From Octopus sinensis (Eukaryota), in NCBI RefSeq assembly GCF_006345805.1, contig NC_043005.1, positions 34,472,001 through 34,536,000 of the forward strand: a DNA stretch of 64,000 nucleotides, read 5' to 3'. Below are positions 49,734 through 63,469 of the stretch, piece after piece. A program made the position numbers and the translations under genes. How positions within the stretch are numbered: position 1 is the stretch's first letter; each line of letters begins with the position of its first letter. The notes beneath the pieces are model-generated. The model had not been told where the DNA came from and searched no databases. It saw nothing but the letters and a program-made list of their open reading frames with translations.

Positions 49734-50435
49734 GTAAAAATTTGTTTAGAAATAATTATTTCATGTTTCAATAGAAATAATATCTTAGTTACTGCTCTGA
49801 CATTTTAATTATAAACATTCTCATAAAATATCTACTGTTTAATAAAGAAAATACGTTCTCCATATTATCACTAATTAATATTTATTCTTTAATATTGTTA
49901 CAAATTAATAACTAAATGGTATTCTAATCACTAATGTAGATTGCAAATACACTTTCCTCTCTCTCTCTCACTCACACACAAGCACATATACAAATTTTTT
50001 AGTATAAAAGTCAGCTATAGCAAATATGACATTAAAAACTGACATTTTCTTTTAATTATCTCTTTTATAAGCAATTTTGTTTAATGGCTGAGGTTTAGAC
50101 ACTGGCCTACATATACCTTATTTACAAAAAAGGTACCACACATACATCAATGAATAAGTGAACAACTAACATTGATGGTTATAGGAATCTAATGAACCAA
50201 TCATTGGTTCAATGATGTGTGAGTGATGAGGGATTTTCTGTATCACTCAGCATGCAACAAACACCACACATTATTTTCATTTGAGAGTGCCTGTTCTTCA
50301 TTTTTCTTTCTGATGTTTACATTTACCACTAATGGATATATATGTGTAACAGTAAAAGATGTAGGCCTCAATATCATTGAAATAGAAGAGTATATTTAAT
50401 ACATCATACAAAAATGAAACACTTATATATATAGT

Positions 50436-50842
50436 GGTGCAGGAGTGGATGTGTGGTAAGTAGCTTGCTAACCAACCACATGGTTCCGGGTTCAGTCCCA
50501 CTGCGTGGCACCTTGGGCAAGTGTCTTCTGCTATAGCCCCGGGCCGACCAATGCCTTGTGAGTGGATTTGGTAGATGGAAACTGAAAGAAGCCTGTCGTA
50601 TATATGTATATATATATATGCGTATGTGTGTGTGTTTGTGTGTCTGTTTGTCCCCCTAGCATTGCTTGACAACCGATGCTGGTGTGTTTACGTCCCCGTC
50701 ACTTAGCGGTTCGGCAAAAGAGACCGATAGAATAAGTACTGGGCTTAAAAAGAATAAGTCCCAGGGTCGATTTGCTTGAATAAAGGTGGTGCTCCAGCAT
50801 GGCCGCAGTCAAATGACTGAAACAAGTAAAAGAGTAAAAGAG
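50436..50842 (+). mobile_element. tRNA-derived SINE (major family), best-preserved full-length copy
   Basis: A/B-box head, ccttgggcaagtgtcttc core, central (TA/TG)n, (AAGAGTA) tail. Possible 6-bp TSD tatagt (50430-50435 / 50843-50848). Confidence 0.93.
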
Positions 50843-51091
50843 TATAGTACTTTGATTTTCTCTGCAAGAGAACTTACCCAATTTCCAATCAATAATCAAC
50901 ATACATGCCATCATTTATCAACTGTTGAATAGGAGTACATGTGTTGAGATACTGGTTGGAAATCAGATAACTTCATACCTGTAGCTTGCCAGGAAACTCT
51001 GAGTGCTATATGTGAGTGTTCCATGTATGTATAATATATTAGATATATGTAGATATAAATTTTTATTGTTTGTTTTATGCTATTTTAAGTC

Positions 51092-51250
51092 ATAGGTATA
51101 GCTGTGTAGTTAGGAAGTTTGCTTTCCAACTACATGGTTCCAGGTTCATTACCACTGTATGGAACCTTAGGTAATAGTCTTCTACTGCATCCCAGACCAA
51201 CCAAAACCTTGTGAGTAGATTTAGTTGGCAGAAACGAAAGAAGCCTCCCT
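51092..51250 (+). mobile_element. SINE 5' half (major family)
   Basis: gctgtgtagttaggaagtttgctttccaactacatggttccaggttc...gaaacgaaagaagcc. Confidence 0.75.
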
Positions 51251-51729
51251 CCCTCTCTCTTTCTCTCTCTCCCCCCCCCCCCACACACATACACACACAA
51301 AGCTTTTAGTTGAAGGTCAAGCTATCATATGTACATTAGATTGTTGCACAGTTATTTACCAAATTCCGTTTACTGTTGTTGTGAGACTCAGCTTATTTTA
51401 TAAAACATTTGCACAAATTACTATGTATTGAACCTTAAATCACAAGCAAAAATTTAAGCACATAGCCATACTGACTAAAAAGTAGGATTAAAACAGTAAA
51501 TAGATATAACTAATAAAAATTAAATCCCAATATGAAAAAATATTTGGCTTATATTTAATATTTGTCTTTGGAAAGCAGCTGAATTCACACCTAATTTCAG
51601 ACAGGTAATTGTAAACTTATATGTAACAAAAGAAAGATCCTTTTTATAGTTGTTATTTAATAAAAAATAAATAAACCTTAAATTTTTTGTGTAACATGGT
51701 GTATATTTTTCTGCATTATTTTCTTACAG

Positions 51730-51835
51730 AAAACTTGAAGTAAATGGAAAAGAATTTTATGAATTTACCAGAGAATATTGGGAAAAAAGGAAAGAGCCTG
51801 GTTTTTCCAGAATGTCCCTTCCCAAGTTATGGTGA
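51730..51835 (+). CDS. OSBPL3/6/7: Last coding exon: KLEVNGKEFYEFTREYWEKRKEPGFSRMSLPKLW*
   Basis: TTACAG acceptor. YW..RK..GF.....P.LW-stop C-terminus typical of ORP3/6/7. TGA at 51833-51835. Confidence 0.95.
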
Positions 51836-54800
51836 TGGAATGAACTCAGCAGGGATTTATTGATTATGGCTGTGAGCTGATTGACTGAATTTCTATTAAT
51901 CAACCAACAAGTTGAACCAAAAGATTTTCTTTCTTTATAACCATGTGATAGAACAGATGATGACTGTTGTGGTTTGCTCATTTCTTGAAGAATCCAATAT
52001 TAGTTTCTTAATACTGCAGGTTAAGTCCAGTGGGGCTGTTAGTTGAGAGACCGTCACTGTCAATTATACCACAGGAGGACTTTCTTCAAAAGATGTTTCT
52101 TTGGTTACCAAGAATGGCAATCCATAAATGTTGTAGAAATATTATTGCCTTGCTGGAAAGTTTACAAATGACTGCCTTGCATGCACTCTAAGAATTTTGG
52201 CAGAGCCCTTGGCCAACTGCTGATTCCAGTTAGCTTAAAGAGCAATGGCAGATAATCTGCCATTTTTAAATCCCAGATTTATTCTTGTTTGGGCTTTACT
52301 GCAAGACCACTTTGAAATTAAAGAAAAGAAAAAAAAAACAAGAAAAGAAAAATCATGACAAATGAAGTTAAGAGACAAAAAAAAACCAAACACTTCTGAA
52401 AATGTTTGGAGACTTAGTATTTAGCTACCAGATCTTCTTGCTCTGCTCTGGTTGGTTAAATCATGTGAAATAGCGACCAGCTTTTTTTAAAACTTTATTC
52501 TGGATATGAAATCTGTACAGACATAGGGTGAATACATTATCTATAAATTGTCAATTAAGTTTTGCTTTCAGGTACATTTTTTTTAGATGCCCATGTTACT
52601 AATAGGTCTAAATCTAAGATATTAATTTTGTAGCCTCCTCTATTAATGACATTTGTCGACTAGCTCAGTGTCAACCTTTTGTTGTTTTCTTCAAAACTAG
52701 TCATGAAGTAGATTTAGTAACAATACCAATATTATTTGATAAGATGCATCTCCAACTGGTGTCTTTTTTTTTCTCCCTAATCTAATAGTTTTGTTGCAGT
52801 CAATATCAATATAGCGGCCAATGGTACATGATATAACTTATAATAAAGTAGCTATTTGCTTTCACTTTTAGATACATTGCACATTTTGGGACTTGTATTA
52901 AATTTGTCGAAATATTAAATTAGTGAAACTGTCACATTTCTTTAATTTGGTATTTTTAGCTCAAATCATTTGTTTTTAACATTTTACTAAATTCAACCAA
53001 AACTCTTTAAGTCCCTTAATACTTTTGCTATAGACATTCAAACTATGTAAATTATCAAATCTATGAAACCAAGCAGTGATTGACTGTGTTTTAGCTGTCT
53101 TGAGAACACTTGCCTATACAGAGATATATCTTAATCAAATGAAGTTACCGTCCCATTCTCTATCATTTTATTACTGTTTTTCTTTTCATTTTCTCTGTTA
53201 TAGACTCGTTTCCAAGTTTCAGTCTCTGAAACCTACTGTAAATAGCTTATTTTTTGGTTTCTTACAATGATATTGGAATTGATAATATAACATAGTTGTT
53301 AAGTTGCCTTATAATTTTGTTGTTGTCATTCAGTATAATAACTGTTTAATGAGATATATCTACAACTACTAACTGCTGAGTGATTTAAATGCTATGATAT
53401 AAGTGATATGGAACAATTATTTGGGTGGGTGGGGGAGATCTGGATCAACAAGTTTATTCTACTGAAACTTCTAACATATCAAAAGATGGAAGGTTGCACA
53501 GCTACTATGTTATTGCCATGATTTCTGTAGATTAGTCATGTTATTATTATTAGTTCATATTCTGCCGAGGTCAACTTTGCCATTCATCCTTTCAGGGTTG
53601 ATGAAATAAGTACCAGTTGAACACTGGGGTCAATGAAATTGACTAGCACCCTCCACCCCACCAAAAATTTCAGGCCTTGTGCCTTTAGTAGAAAAAATTA
53701 TTATTACAATTATTATTTGATAGTGATGATGGTAATAATAGCTCTTGATAATATATAATAATTCTCTGAAACTTTTCACTTTATGTCTCAGTGCTGAAGG
53801 CTGTATCTGTCTTTCTGTAAATGATTTTCCAAAATTATATCTGTTCTTCATTTTTGTGAAGCAGTTTTGAAATGTGTGAGCAATCAGTTTACTGAACAAT
53901 GTTAATTAATTACTTAGCAATAAAAATGAATATTGTAGAAATGTTATTTTATAAAAAAAAAATAATTAATCCTACTTCTTTATGCCATTTCATTTAACTC
54001 TTCAGGTTTGGAATTTCATTAGACTAAATTAGAAATAACTCTTTGATGAAACAAGTAAACCTTGAGTAGGAACAAATATTAGTAACAAATATTTTACTAC
54101 CAAGGTAGACTTAACTTTCCATACTAGGGTCAAGTAACTGACTACGTTCTTCACCTAAAAATGTGTGGCTTTGTACTGAAGTAGAAAAAAAAATCATCAG
54201 TATCTTTATGTTTTTAAAAAGGAAAGAGAGTATTTGGAAAATTCAATTTCTTTTGTGTAACAATTTATCAAATACCTGATATCTATACATCTATTCACTT
54301 CTTACTCTCTATTTACTTTGTTTTTCATAAACCTTCATTTAGAATTGTATACCCATTTTTACAAATACCTTTTGTTTAAATCTTTTTGCATGGAAGCCTT
54401 TATTTTCTAGTGTTTTTTTTTTTTTTACAAAATATCTTAACAAAAACAGGTAATACTTCACTCCATATTACAATATTGAAATTAAATGCAATTGTCCAAA
54501 TAAGAATTACATATTTCATTAGCAGATTGTTATACAACTATTAATGATAATACCCTGACCTTTGGTATAGTCAGACTCAAAAGTTTTTTGTTTTTTTTTA
54601 TAATCAGACTGTTTGTAATTTATATTCATATTTTGGTCCTTTTTTTTTCAAATTGATAAACACAATTGATATTGAATAATTAAACTTGAATACCTCAGTG
54701 TACAATTTTTCTCATTTTCTTATAACGCCTTAACTGAATGTAACTCTTCTATTATTCCAAATTATAGTCTCTTTTTTTTTTTCGTTTTTTTTTTCTTTTC

Positions 54801-55989
54801 CATTGGTATTCTAATGAGAATATAGCATAATTCTTGCCTTGCCAAATATTAATCCTACATTTCTCTGTTGAATTTTCTGATTCAGCCATTCTTTATCAAA
54901 ACTGTTCAAAATCCTAATGTTGTTTTATTATAATGATAGTAATAATAGCTCCAGTCATGAAATTATTTCCTAGATTATAGGATCAAACTTAACTATTGAT
55001 TATATTATTTATTAATGACCTCTGGTCTGTTTTGTATATTAATCATGGCCCCAGGTCTTTTGTAATTTAGTTCCTTCCACAGATGTCAACAGGGGAAAAT
55101 GGACGAAAAACAATGGAATAGAACACTGATTTGTTTTTTCTAATGTTTATTGCTAATATGCTGGATTATTGGCTATTGTTGTATGTACATTAACAATATC
55201 TACATACATGCAGACTTACATAACATGTGTGTGTGTGTATACATATATATATATGCACACACACTACATACATACATACATACATACACATACATTCACA
55301 CATTTTAGCTAATAATCAGAAATGCTAAGTCACTTTCAACATATTGTCTAGTTTAGCACTTCAGCTTTATGTTTTTGTTTTGTTTTGTTTTTCAAATTGG
55401 TTACTGACTGTATATAGTAATGGTAAAAATTGTTCAAAGTTGCCCATATTTTAGAATGTTTTATATTTTGTATCCAAGAGAAAGTAAAAACAAATATTTC
55501 ATGCCAGATTGCCATTCTATTTATTTGTAGCATACTATTGGGGAAGACAGATGGGAATGTTTAACTATTGACAAATATAATTAAATGTTAGAATTGATGG
55601 ACATAGTTTATTGTAGTTAACGGAAACTGTGCAAACATAAATTCTAAGTTAATAAGAAATTGTTTCTGGGTTTCGAAGTTGAAAAAATTATAATCTAGTG
55701 ATCCCTTTTTTTCCTTTTTATTTTAGTGGCATGTGTGGGGGATTACTTTTTTATTTTTCTAGGTTCTAATATTGATAACAATTTCAGAAACAAGTTTTCG
55801 AATTTTGATTTTATCGTATATGTATTTATACTAGTTTTGGCCTCTGGCCACCATTACTTTATGGACTGTCCTTAGTTTATAAAGCTTTTTGTCTCCATTA
55901 TCAGTTTTGGGATATATTTACCCACAACTGAAATACCAAAACTGCAACTTAGAACTGAGTTATAGGTTTTCAAAAGATCCCTGAAATAA

Positions 55990-56054
55990 GTATGTATATA
56001 TGAGTGTGTGTGTGTGTGTGTATATATATATATGTATGTATGTATATATGTATG

Positions 56055-56089
<35 letters not shown>

Positions 56090-56222
56090 GTATGTATGTA
56101 TATATATATATATATGTATGTATATATATATGTATATATATATATGTATGTATGTATATATGTATGTATATATATATGTATAGATATGTTTGTATATATA
56201 TATATATGTATAGATATGTATG

Positions 56223-56255
<33 letters not shown>

Positions 56256-56260
56256 ATATG
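55990..56260. repeat. Compound (TG)n/(TA)n/(TATG)n microsatellite
   Basis: Direct reading. Confidence 0.97.
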
Positions 56261-58074
56261 TTAGTTCTAAAAGCATTATGGAAATACATATACCCAGGAC
56301 CCACACCAAATATGCCCCTATTAAGCCTTCCCTATCTTCTTATCTCCTTATTACTCATCCCTCCATTACTCTTCTAACTACTGTATTATTCTGCAACTGT
56401 AAATGAGATCAGAACCTTTTTGTTCTACCACTATCTCTTCTCCCATCAACGTTCCCCACCTTTGTTCACCCCTATATAACCTCTGACCTTCTCCACCCTT
56501 GTTACTATATGCCTCTTCCCCTCCCAACTCATATTCACCATTGACCACTCCCCTTTATTCACTCTAACCATTTGTCACTCTCCTCCCTCACTCACAGGAG
56601 TGGGGGAGGAGGAGAGTGAGAGATGATTAGAAATGGGGTTCTGGTGAATGTCCCTACTGTTCTTCTGTTTCTATTCTATTCTGTTTCTATTCACTGCTTT
56701 GCACCTTGAGGGTATACTTTGACACTTTATCTCTCTTTCTAGTGCTATCCCAATTATTCCCATCCTTATAAAATACAGGGTAGCCGTATATATTTCATCT
56801 TCAGCAGCAAATATCTTCCTGTCCCTCTACCATAATTTACTCTCTCAACACCCAACATAAAGTCACCTCCCTCTCTACTACACTTCCATTTAACCAAGAA
56901 GATATTTTAGCCTTGCAAGCTATATGACGACTTCACTAGTCCTGGTGTCACAAAAGAAACATCCTGTGCACACTGTGAAATGGTTGGCATTAGGAATGGC
57001 ATTCAACTTTAGAAACCATGCCAAAGCAGACATTAGAGCTTGACGCTGTCCTGTACCTCATCAAATCCTGCCGAATAGCCAGCAATAAAGATGAATGCTA
57101 AATGATGATGAGAGTATGTGTGTGTCACTTAGAGGTCTTCAATAGCACTGAGAAATGAGTAGAAGCATTCAGTCCTTATAAACAATTAATTTCTTTATTC
57201 TAGTTCTGATAACATCTAATATCCTATCAATATTTCATCTTAACAGACCAACTTTTATTATATATATATTTTTTTTAAATTTTAGTGAAATATACTATCT
57301 TTGATGAAATGCCTTTTATCTTTTAGATATTTTCCCAATAATAAAATTGTGCTACAATGTTTAGTAAGGTATACAATAGTTCCAAAAGTTTTAATTTCCA
57401 GTATTTACTGAGTAGCTGCAGATTTCTTTCAATGGAAGTGTTATAAACAAAGAAAATAATGAATCTATGCCAGGACTCCAGCTTTTTTTTTTTTATTATG
57501 TTTATTTCTTTTTCTCTCAGACTGGAAAAAGAATATTTCTTTACTACTAAAAAAACAATGATACTTTATAAAATTAATCAATTGAACCATGATTTGGTTT
57601 AATTGCTTTGAGATCATAAACCATGTTGGTCATCCAATCCCAGTGTAAGAATGTTGTTCCACTACTTAAACGATGGCAGCTTGATTGAAACAAAAAAAAA
57701 ATACAACAGAAAGACATGAAACAATAGTTTAGAAGTTTGGGATAGCCTCAACAGGCTAAAACATTATTGCCAAAATTAGGTAAACCTATTGGAAATAAAT
57801 AATTTGCAAGAAACGATTTGCTTTATTGACTTTTTTTTGTGATTTAAATATTGAATGGTTATTGCTTTGTCTTCTGTGATAAGTAATTATTGTTTTTGGA
57901 ATAACAGCTTACAATAATGTTTCTCACCATCATGTGACTGGATTATACACTGTAACTTTATTATAATGCCACTCTGCTTACCATTATGAATTTTATTGTT
58001 GGATCAAATACTTTACTTCTTCTATGCCACCTTTGGGAGGTTTTACATCAAACTACAATTTCTTTTGAAAGCTA

Positions 58075-59326
58075 TAAGGTTGGAAGGAAAATCTGTTGCA
58101 TAATAGGAAAGAAACAAATGCTTCTTTGGTATTAGTTGAGATATTTAATCAAGATAACATTTCTCCTCATTATTGATAACATAATCCCATCTATTTGGCA
58201 AATTTTTAACAACTGGGCATAAAATTCTTCAGGTTTCGAAGCAAAGAAACACTCAATACCATTTTTAACCTCTTCACACTTAATAAACAGTTTTCCCTCT
58301 AAAAAATGTTGCAATGATCTGAAAAGATGATAGTCAGTTGGAGCAAGATCAGGAGTGTAAGGAGGATGAGGCAAAAGATCCATATTTATAGTCATAATCT
58401 TTTCCTGGTTGACTTGGGTAATATATTGTCTTGCATTATCCTATAAGAGCAACATTCCTTTACGATTGACCAGTAATGTGTGTATATTCTGCAAATGTTT
58501 GTACAATGATTCCAACAATACTTTGCATTAAGTATTTTGTTTTGGTTTAACACCTCAAGATAGATAACACCCTTCATATCCCACAAACACTGAGAGTAAC
58601 TTTCTTCATGTGTAGTCCTGGTTTTGAGATGGATTCTTATTTTTCATTAGGTGCTAACCATTGTTGTTTTTGTTGAATATGATTATAAAAACCTTACTTT
58701 TCATCTTTTGTGATGATTTTGTCCAGGAAAGGTTTAGTAGCAATTCTACTGTTCAATGACAATCTGAAGGCTACTCTTTGATTAAGCTGAGAAGCAGTCA
58801 GCTTATTAAACCCACTAAGTAAATTTAAACATTTTTCCTTGTTCATGAAGGTGTTTCTATGACTGAAGTGTGACTTAAATTGAACTGTTTTGCAAATTGT
58901 TGTATGCTTTGGATTTTCCTCAACTACAATTTTCAGAAGCTGAATATTGATCGAACTTATTCGTCAAGATAAGGAAGATTCTGTGAGAGGAAAATTTCCC
59001 AAGCAAAACTGGTCAAACCGTTGTTGACATATTTAGACATTTTAAGCTTCATATAAAAAAAAAATAGAACAAATATTTTTTGCTTCTTCCATTGCTGAAG
59101 AGTTCGTTTTGAATTTAGACAGCATGCTGTGTCTGATTTGGATCTGGTCTAAACTCATTTTAAAAGAGTAAAATTGATATGAATCTAACTACTATGGTAA
59201 TCTGCAAAGAAAGAAAAACATTAGAATGTAAAAAACAAATGTGTATTTTACTGTAAATATTGAATTGAAAGAGTATCTCAAAGCGATTTGTGTCAAAAAT
59301 CTAAGAGGATTTTCTTTCCATCCTAA
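58075..59326 (-). mobile_element. Full-length decayed mariner transposon (fourth family)
   Basis: TA-flanked 19-bp TIRs taaggttggaaggaaaatc / gattttctttccatcctaa (16/19). WDMKGVIY.E.L, LPHPPYTPDLAPTDYHLFRSLQHFL motifs. Confidence 0.88.
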
Positions 59327-59904
59327 TACATATGATTAAATATCTCATTATTTAGTCACTTGACCTGCAAGAAATAAGAGCTATGTTTCCCTCAAATCAC
59401 CCCTACCATCTTAAAAAAGGATATTGCACAAATTAGGCTGGGGTACAGTATTACGTGAACAAAAAAAAAACAATTACTGGATGGTCGCAGTGGAACATCT
59501 TTGATCATAAGAAGTCCATTCAATCAGAGTTAACTTGGAACTAACCATCACCAACAATATTGCCTACCTCTAAATTCATACATTAATGTTTTCTCCTGAA
59601 ACAACTTGGGCTATATTTCTCTTATCTCACATTATTAGTCATGGTCTTAGGATGTAATGTATTGGTGCGTTGGATGGGAACAACTACCTCTACACATTTA
59701 TGGATCTAATAAACAATCTCATAAGCAAAGGAGATTGAAATATTTTCTCCTCAGATAAGCGCAGGAACATTCACTGTAAAAGGTTAGACAAGGTAAGTGT
59801 GTCTTAGTTTAGTAAGAACTATTATCCTTGGGATTCATTTTGACATAGAAACATGTTTGGGAGGTTATCCAATCACAAAATCTCAGTTCCACAAAATCTC
59901 AAAT

Positions 59905-60070
59905 GTATGCAGAATATAGCTGAATGGTTAAGAAATTTGTCTCACAACCAGGAAGTTCCAGGTTCAAGCCTACTGTATGGCATCTTGGATAAATGTCCTT
60001 TTCTATGGCATTTCTATGGATTGACCTCTACTTTATGAGTAAAACTGAACTGACAGAAACTGTATAAAGG
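59905..60070 (+). mobile_element. SINE 5' half (major family), old
   Basis: gctgaatggttaagaaatttgtctcacaaccaggaagttccaggttcaag...catcttggataaatgtc. Confidence 0.65.
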
Positions 60071-60593
60071 CCTTTCAGGTTGATTGTACCTGTAATTCAA
60101 ATGTACAGCCTTGTCACTTGTGCAGCTCTGATTCTGTGTGAGATTTACCTTAAGGATACATTAGTCTGTGCAATACTCTTAGCAACTTACACTTTAATTC
60201 AGGAGCAGATAATTCAGTTAATTAAATGAGTGACTCTTCGTTGAAGGAGATCTACCTCCACCCTGATGCCAACAACCATCACAACAGTCTAATGATGTCT
60301 ACTTCTGTTATATATAGAACAATACAGAAAACTGCAGTAAGTGTATTTATAAAATTAATTAAACACTTTGTTTTCAGGAAATTTATATTTGCAAAATTGT
60401 TTTGTTAGATGAAAACAGTTTTTTTCCTGTTATCTTTCTAATGATGTTATATTTAAAATTTAAAACAATTACATCTTACTCTCTTAATTCTTTTTCTTTC
60501 AAAACTATTAACTTAGAGCCATTGAAATCTTGTTTATAACAAGAATTTGGTCTCTATTTTCCACTTAAATCAGATTTTTCAAAAATATAATCT

Positions 60594-60803
60594 TTTCTAC
60601 TCTAAGCACAAGGCCTGAAATTTTGGGGGAGGGGGCCAGTCAATTAAATCAAACCCAGTACACAACTGGTACTTAATTTATTGGCCCTGAAAGGATGAAA
60701 GGCAAAGTCAACCTTGGTGGAATTTGAATTCAGACATAAAAACAGACGAAATACCACTAAGCATTTTGCCCGGCGTGCTAATGTTTCTACCAGCTCGCCA
60801 CCT
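60594..60803 (-). mobile_element. tRNA-derived SINE (third family)
   Basis: Minus strand ggtggcgagctggtagaaacattagcacgccgggcaaaatgcttag..ctgaattcaaattccaccaaggttgactttgcc. Confidence 0.85.
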
Positions 60804-62133
60804 TTTTTCAAAAATATACGTAGCAACAACTGCAGTTCTGTTAGTATCTAAGATGTTGAAAATCTTAACAAGACAAAAAAGATTTATATTACCATGGCAA
60901 CCTAATAATCTAGCAGCATCACTAACTGTAACCAAAGAATTAGGATTTTAAAGTTTCTGGAAATTCATTGAAGCAACATCTCACACAATTCCTGTTTTTT
61001 TTTGTTTTTTTTCCATCAAAGACACCTGAGACTCATTCTTCACATAAAAGTATTACACCATTCTTTTTACACCTAATTTACAGCCTTTCAATACAACCAC
61101 AACCCTGAACATTTAACAACCATTACTTGTTTTCGATAAGAACATCACCAGAATGAATTAACCTAATTCTTATTGAATATTTGTAAATCTTTCCCTCCCT
61201 AACTTAGACAGGTCTGTAATCAAAACATTATTTCACATTTATTGGGTGAAAATGATCAATTTTTACCTGATGATTTCAAAAATTACAAAGAAATCATCCT
61301 ATCATGCACAACTTCTTCACAGGATCAATCATTGCATTTTACCATTATGCCCGAATTTGACAATTGGTTTTTTTATTATTACTATTAATTGTCATATTTA
61401 AATAAACTATAATGGTATAACTAATAGACATAATTTTAAAAAATAAGCAACTGGCAATGTTTAGACTGCTTCAGCTACACAGAGATCTGTGTGAATCACT
61501 AGCTTCAATCAACTGCAAACTGATGAGAGAAAGCCATGCTTTTTACAAGATCACATTGCTTAGGTTAAAAACATATTTTATCTCAGTTACTTCCTCATAC
61601 CTTTTTTTCAATATGTATTTGCTACAACCATTATCTTATTGTATCATATGTTACATTTCAATGCTTTAATGATAATATGTTATACATTGAGATGGTAACT
61701 CAAATATATGCTGTTAAAAATGTGCAGCAAGCCCAGATAACTTTTGTTATATTTGTGGAAAGTCTATGACTAAAAAACGTCATTGAATTTGTCAAAAAAA
61801 TCTTACAGGGCTACTTCTGTGTAAAACAGGAGACCAAGATAAGTGAGCTCCTCATAAGGCCTACTAAATTTGTGTTGAAGAACTAAGACAATGAGCAAAA
61901 TGTACAAAGGAGTTTTTTGTTTGTTTTGGGGTTCTAATTATATGGAGAGAGCCTAGAAAATCACAGTAATGTGATGACAGTTACTTTTGTTAATGTGAAG
62001 GGACACAATTCAAAGGTCCCGGTCTTAAATCCAAGAATGTTTTAGCTCCTCATGCATCATTCTATTGATATCATAACCACGAAAAAAAGAATTTGTTCCT
62101 TATTTGCTCAAGAAAAGGATTTGGTTTATTATC

Positions 62134-62514
62134 CTTTATTTTCTACTTGTTTCAGTCATTAGATTGCAACCATACTGGGGCATCACCTTGAAGAATTTTT
62201 AGTTGAATGAATCGACCCCCAGTACTTCATTTTTTTTAAGCCTTACTTATTCTATTGGTCTCTTTTGCCAAACCACTAAGTTACAGGGATGTAAACAAAC
62301 CAACACTGGTTGTCAAGTGGTGATGGTGGTGGTGGTGAAACACACACACACGATGAGCTTCTTCCAGCTTCCATCTACCAACTCCACTCACAAAACTTTG
62401 GTTGCCCCAAAGCTATAGTAGAAGACACTTGCTGAAGGTGCCATGTAGCAGGACAAAACCTGGAACCATATGGCTAGGAAGCAAGCTTCTTAGCACACAG
62501 CCATACCAGCACCT
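62134..62514 (-). mobile_element. tRNA-derived SINE (major family) nested in the Chapaev3-like relic
   Basis: Reverse complement of the 50436 family from tail (tttctacttgtttcagtcatt) to head (cacacagccataccagcacc). Confidence 0.88.
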
Positions 62515-63247
62515 GTTGTACAGATCCATCAGGACTAATAGAAAAGTTTGACAAGTTACAGCCCCGATGAATGGAAACTCTTTATTGACTCTTCAAAGAG
62601 GTGTTTTAAAGCTGTTCCACTACATAATGATAATAAATATGCTTCTGTCCCTGTTGGTGATCATGAAGGAAACATGAAAATTTAGTTTCACTCTGAATCA
62701 AGATTAAATACAAGGATCACAACTGGATGATTTGCAATGACTTGAAAATAATTTGTGTGTTGCTGGACAACAGTTAGGCTACACAAAATTTCCTTGTTTC
62801 TTGTGTGAATGGGGTAGTAGAGCCAGGAACCTCCATTGGTTGAAAAAGAATAGCCAAATAGATATATGCTTATGCCAGGAACAAAGAATATCCTTCAAGA
62901 AAGTATGGTTGATCCAAGAAGGGTTCTTTTGTCTCCTCTTGGGTCTCATGAAGCAATTGATAAAAGATTTGCCTCAAGATGGAGAGGGCTTCAAGTACTG
63001 AGCAAGTTTCCTGCTTTAATCAGGTGCTATGGTTGAAGAGGATATATTTGTAGGCCCAAATATAAAGAATCTCATCAAAGATGAACATTTTGAAAACTCT
63101 CTTAGTGATTTAGAAAAAGATGCAAGGATTAGTTTTAAAGATGTAATGAAGAACTTCTTAGGTAATCACAAGGATCCAAACTACAAAGACGTAGTGGTAA
63201 GAATGCTGGGAAAAGTTCAAAGCCTTAGGATGTAAAATGAGTATTAA

Positions 63248-63469
63248 CCATTTTGATACCAACCCACCTGAAACAAACTCTAGCTTTATACTACAAATAT
63301 GTTGTTTTCAAAAGTTCTGAATTAAAATCTTCCCCCAAACCTTAGTCACAATTTATGATCCTAACACTAGCTGAATGATAACTAAGTTATTTTACTAAAT
63401 TCTTTGTTATATTTAAAATTTATTGAAAGAAACACAGAGCATCTCAACAGAAATATGGTAACAAAAAGG
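63248..63469. mobile_element. piggyBac-type MITE inserted at TTAA inside the Chapaev3-like ORF
   Basis: TTAA|ccattttgatacca ... tggtaacaaaaagg|taa. Removing it restores atg agt att aa(g) gtt cat ttc (MSIKVHF). Confidence 0.75.
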
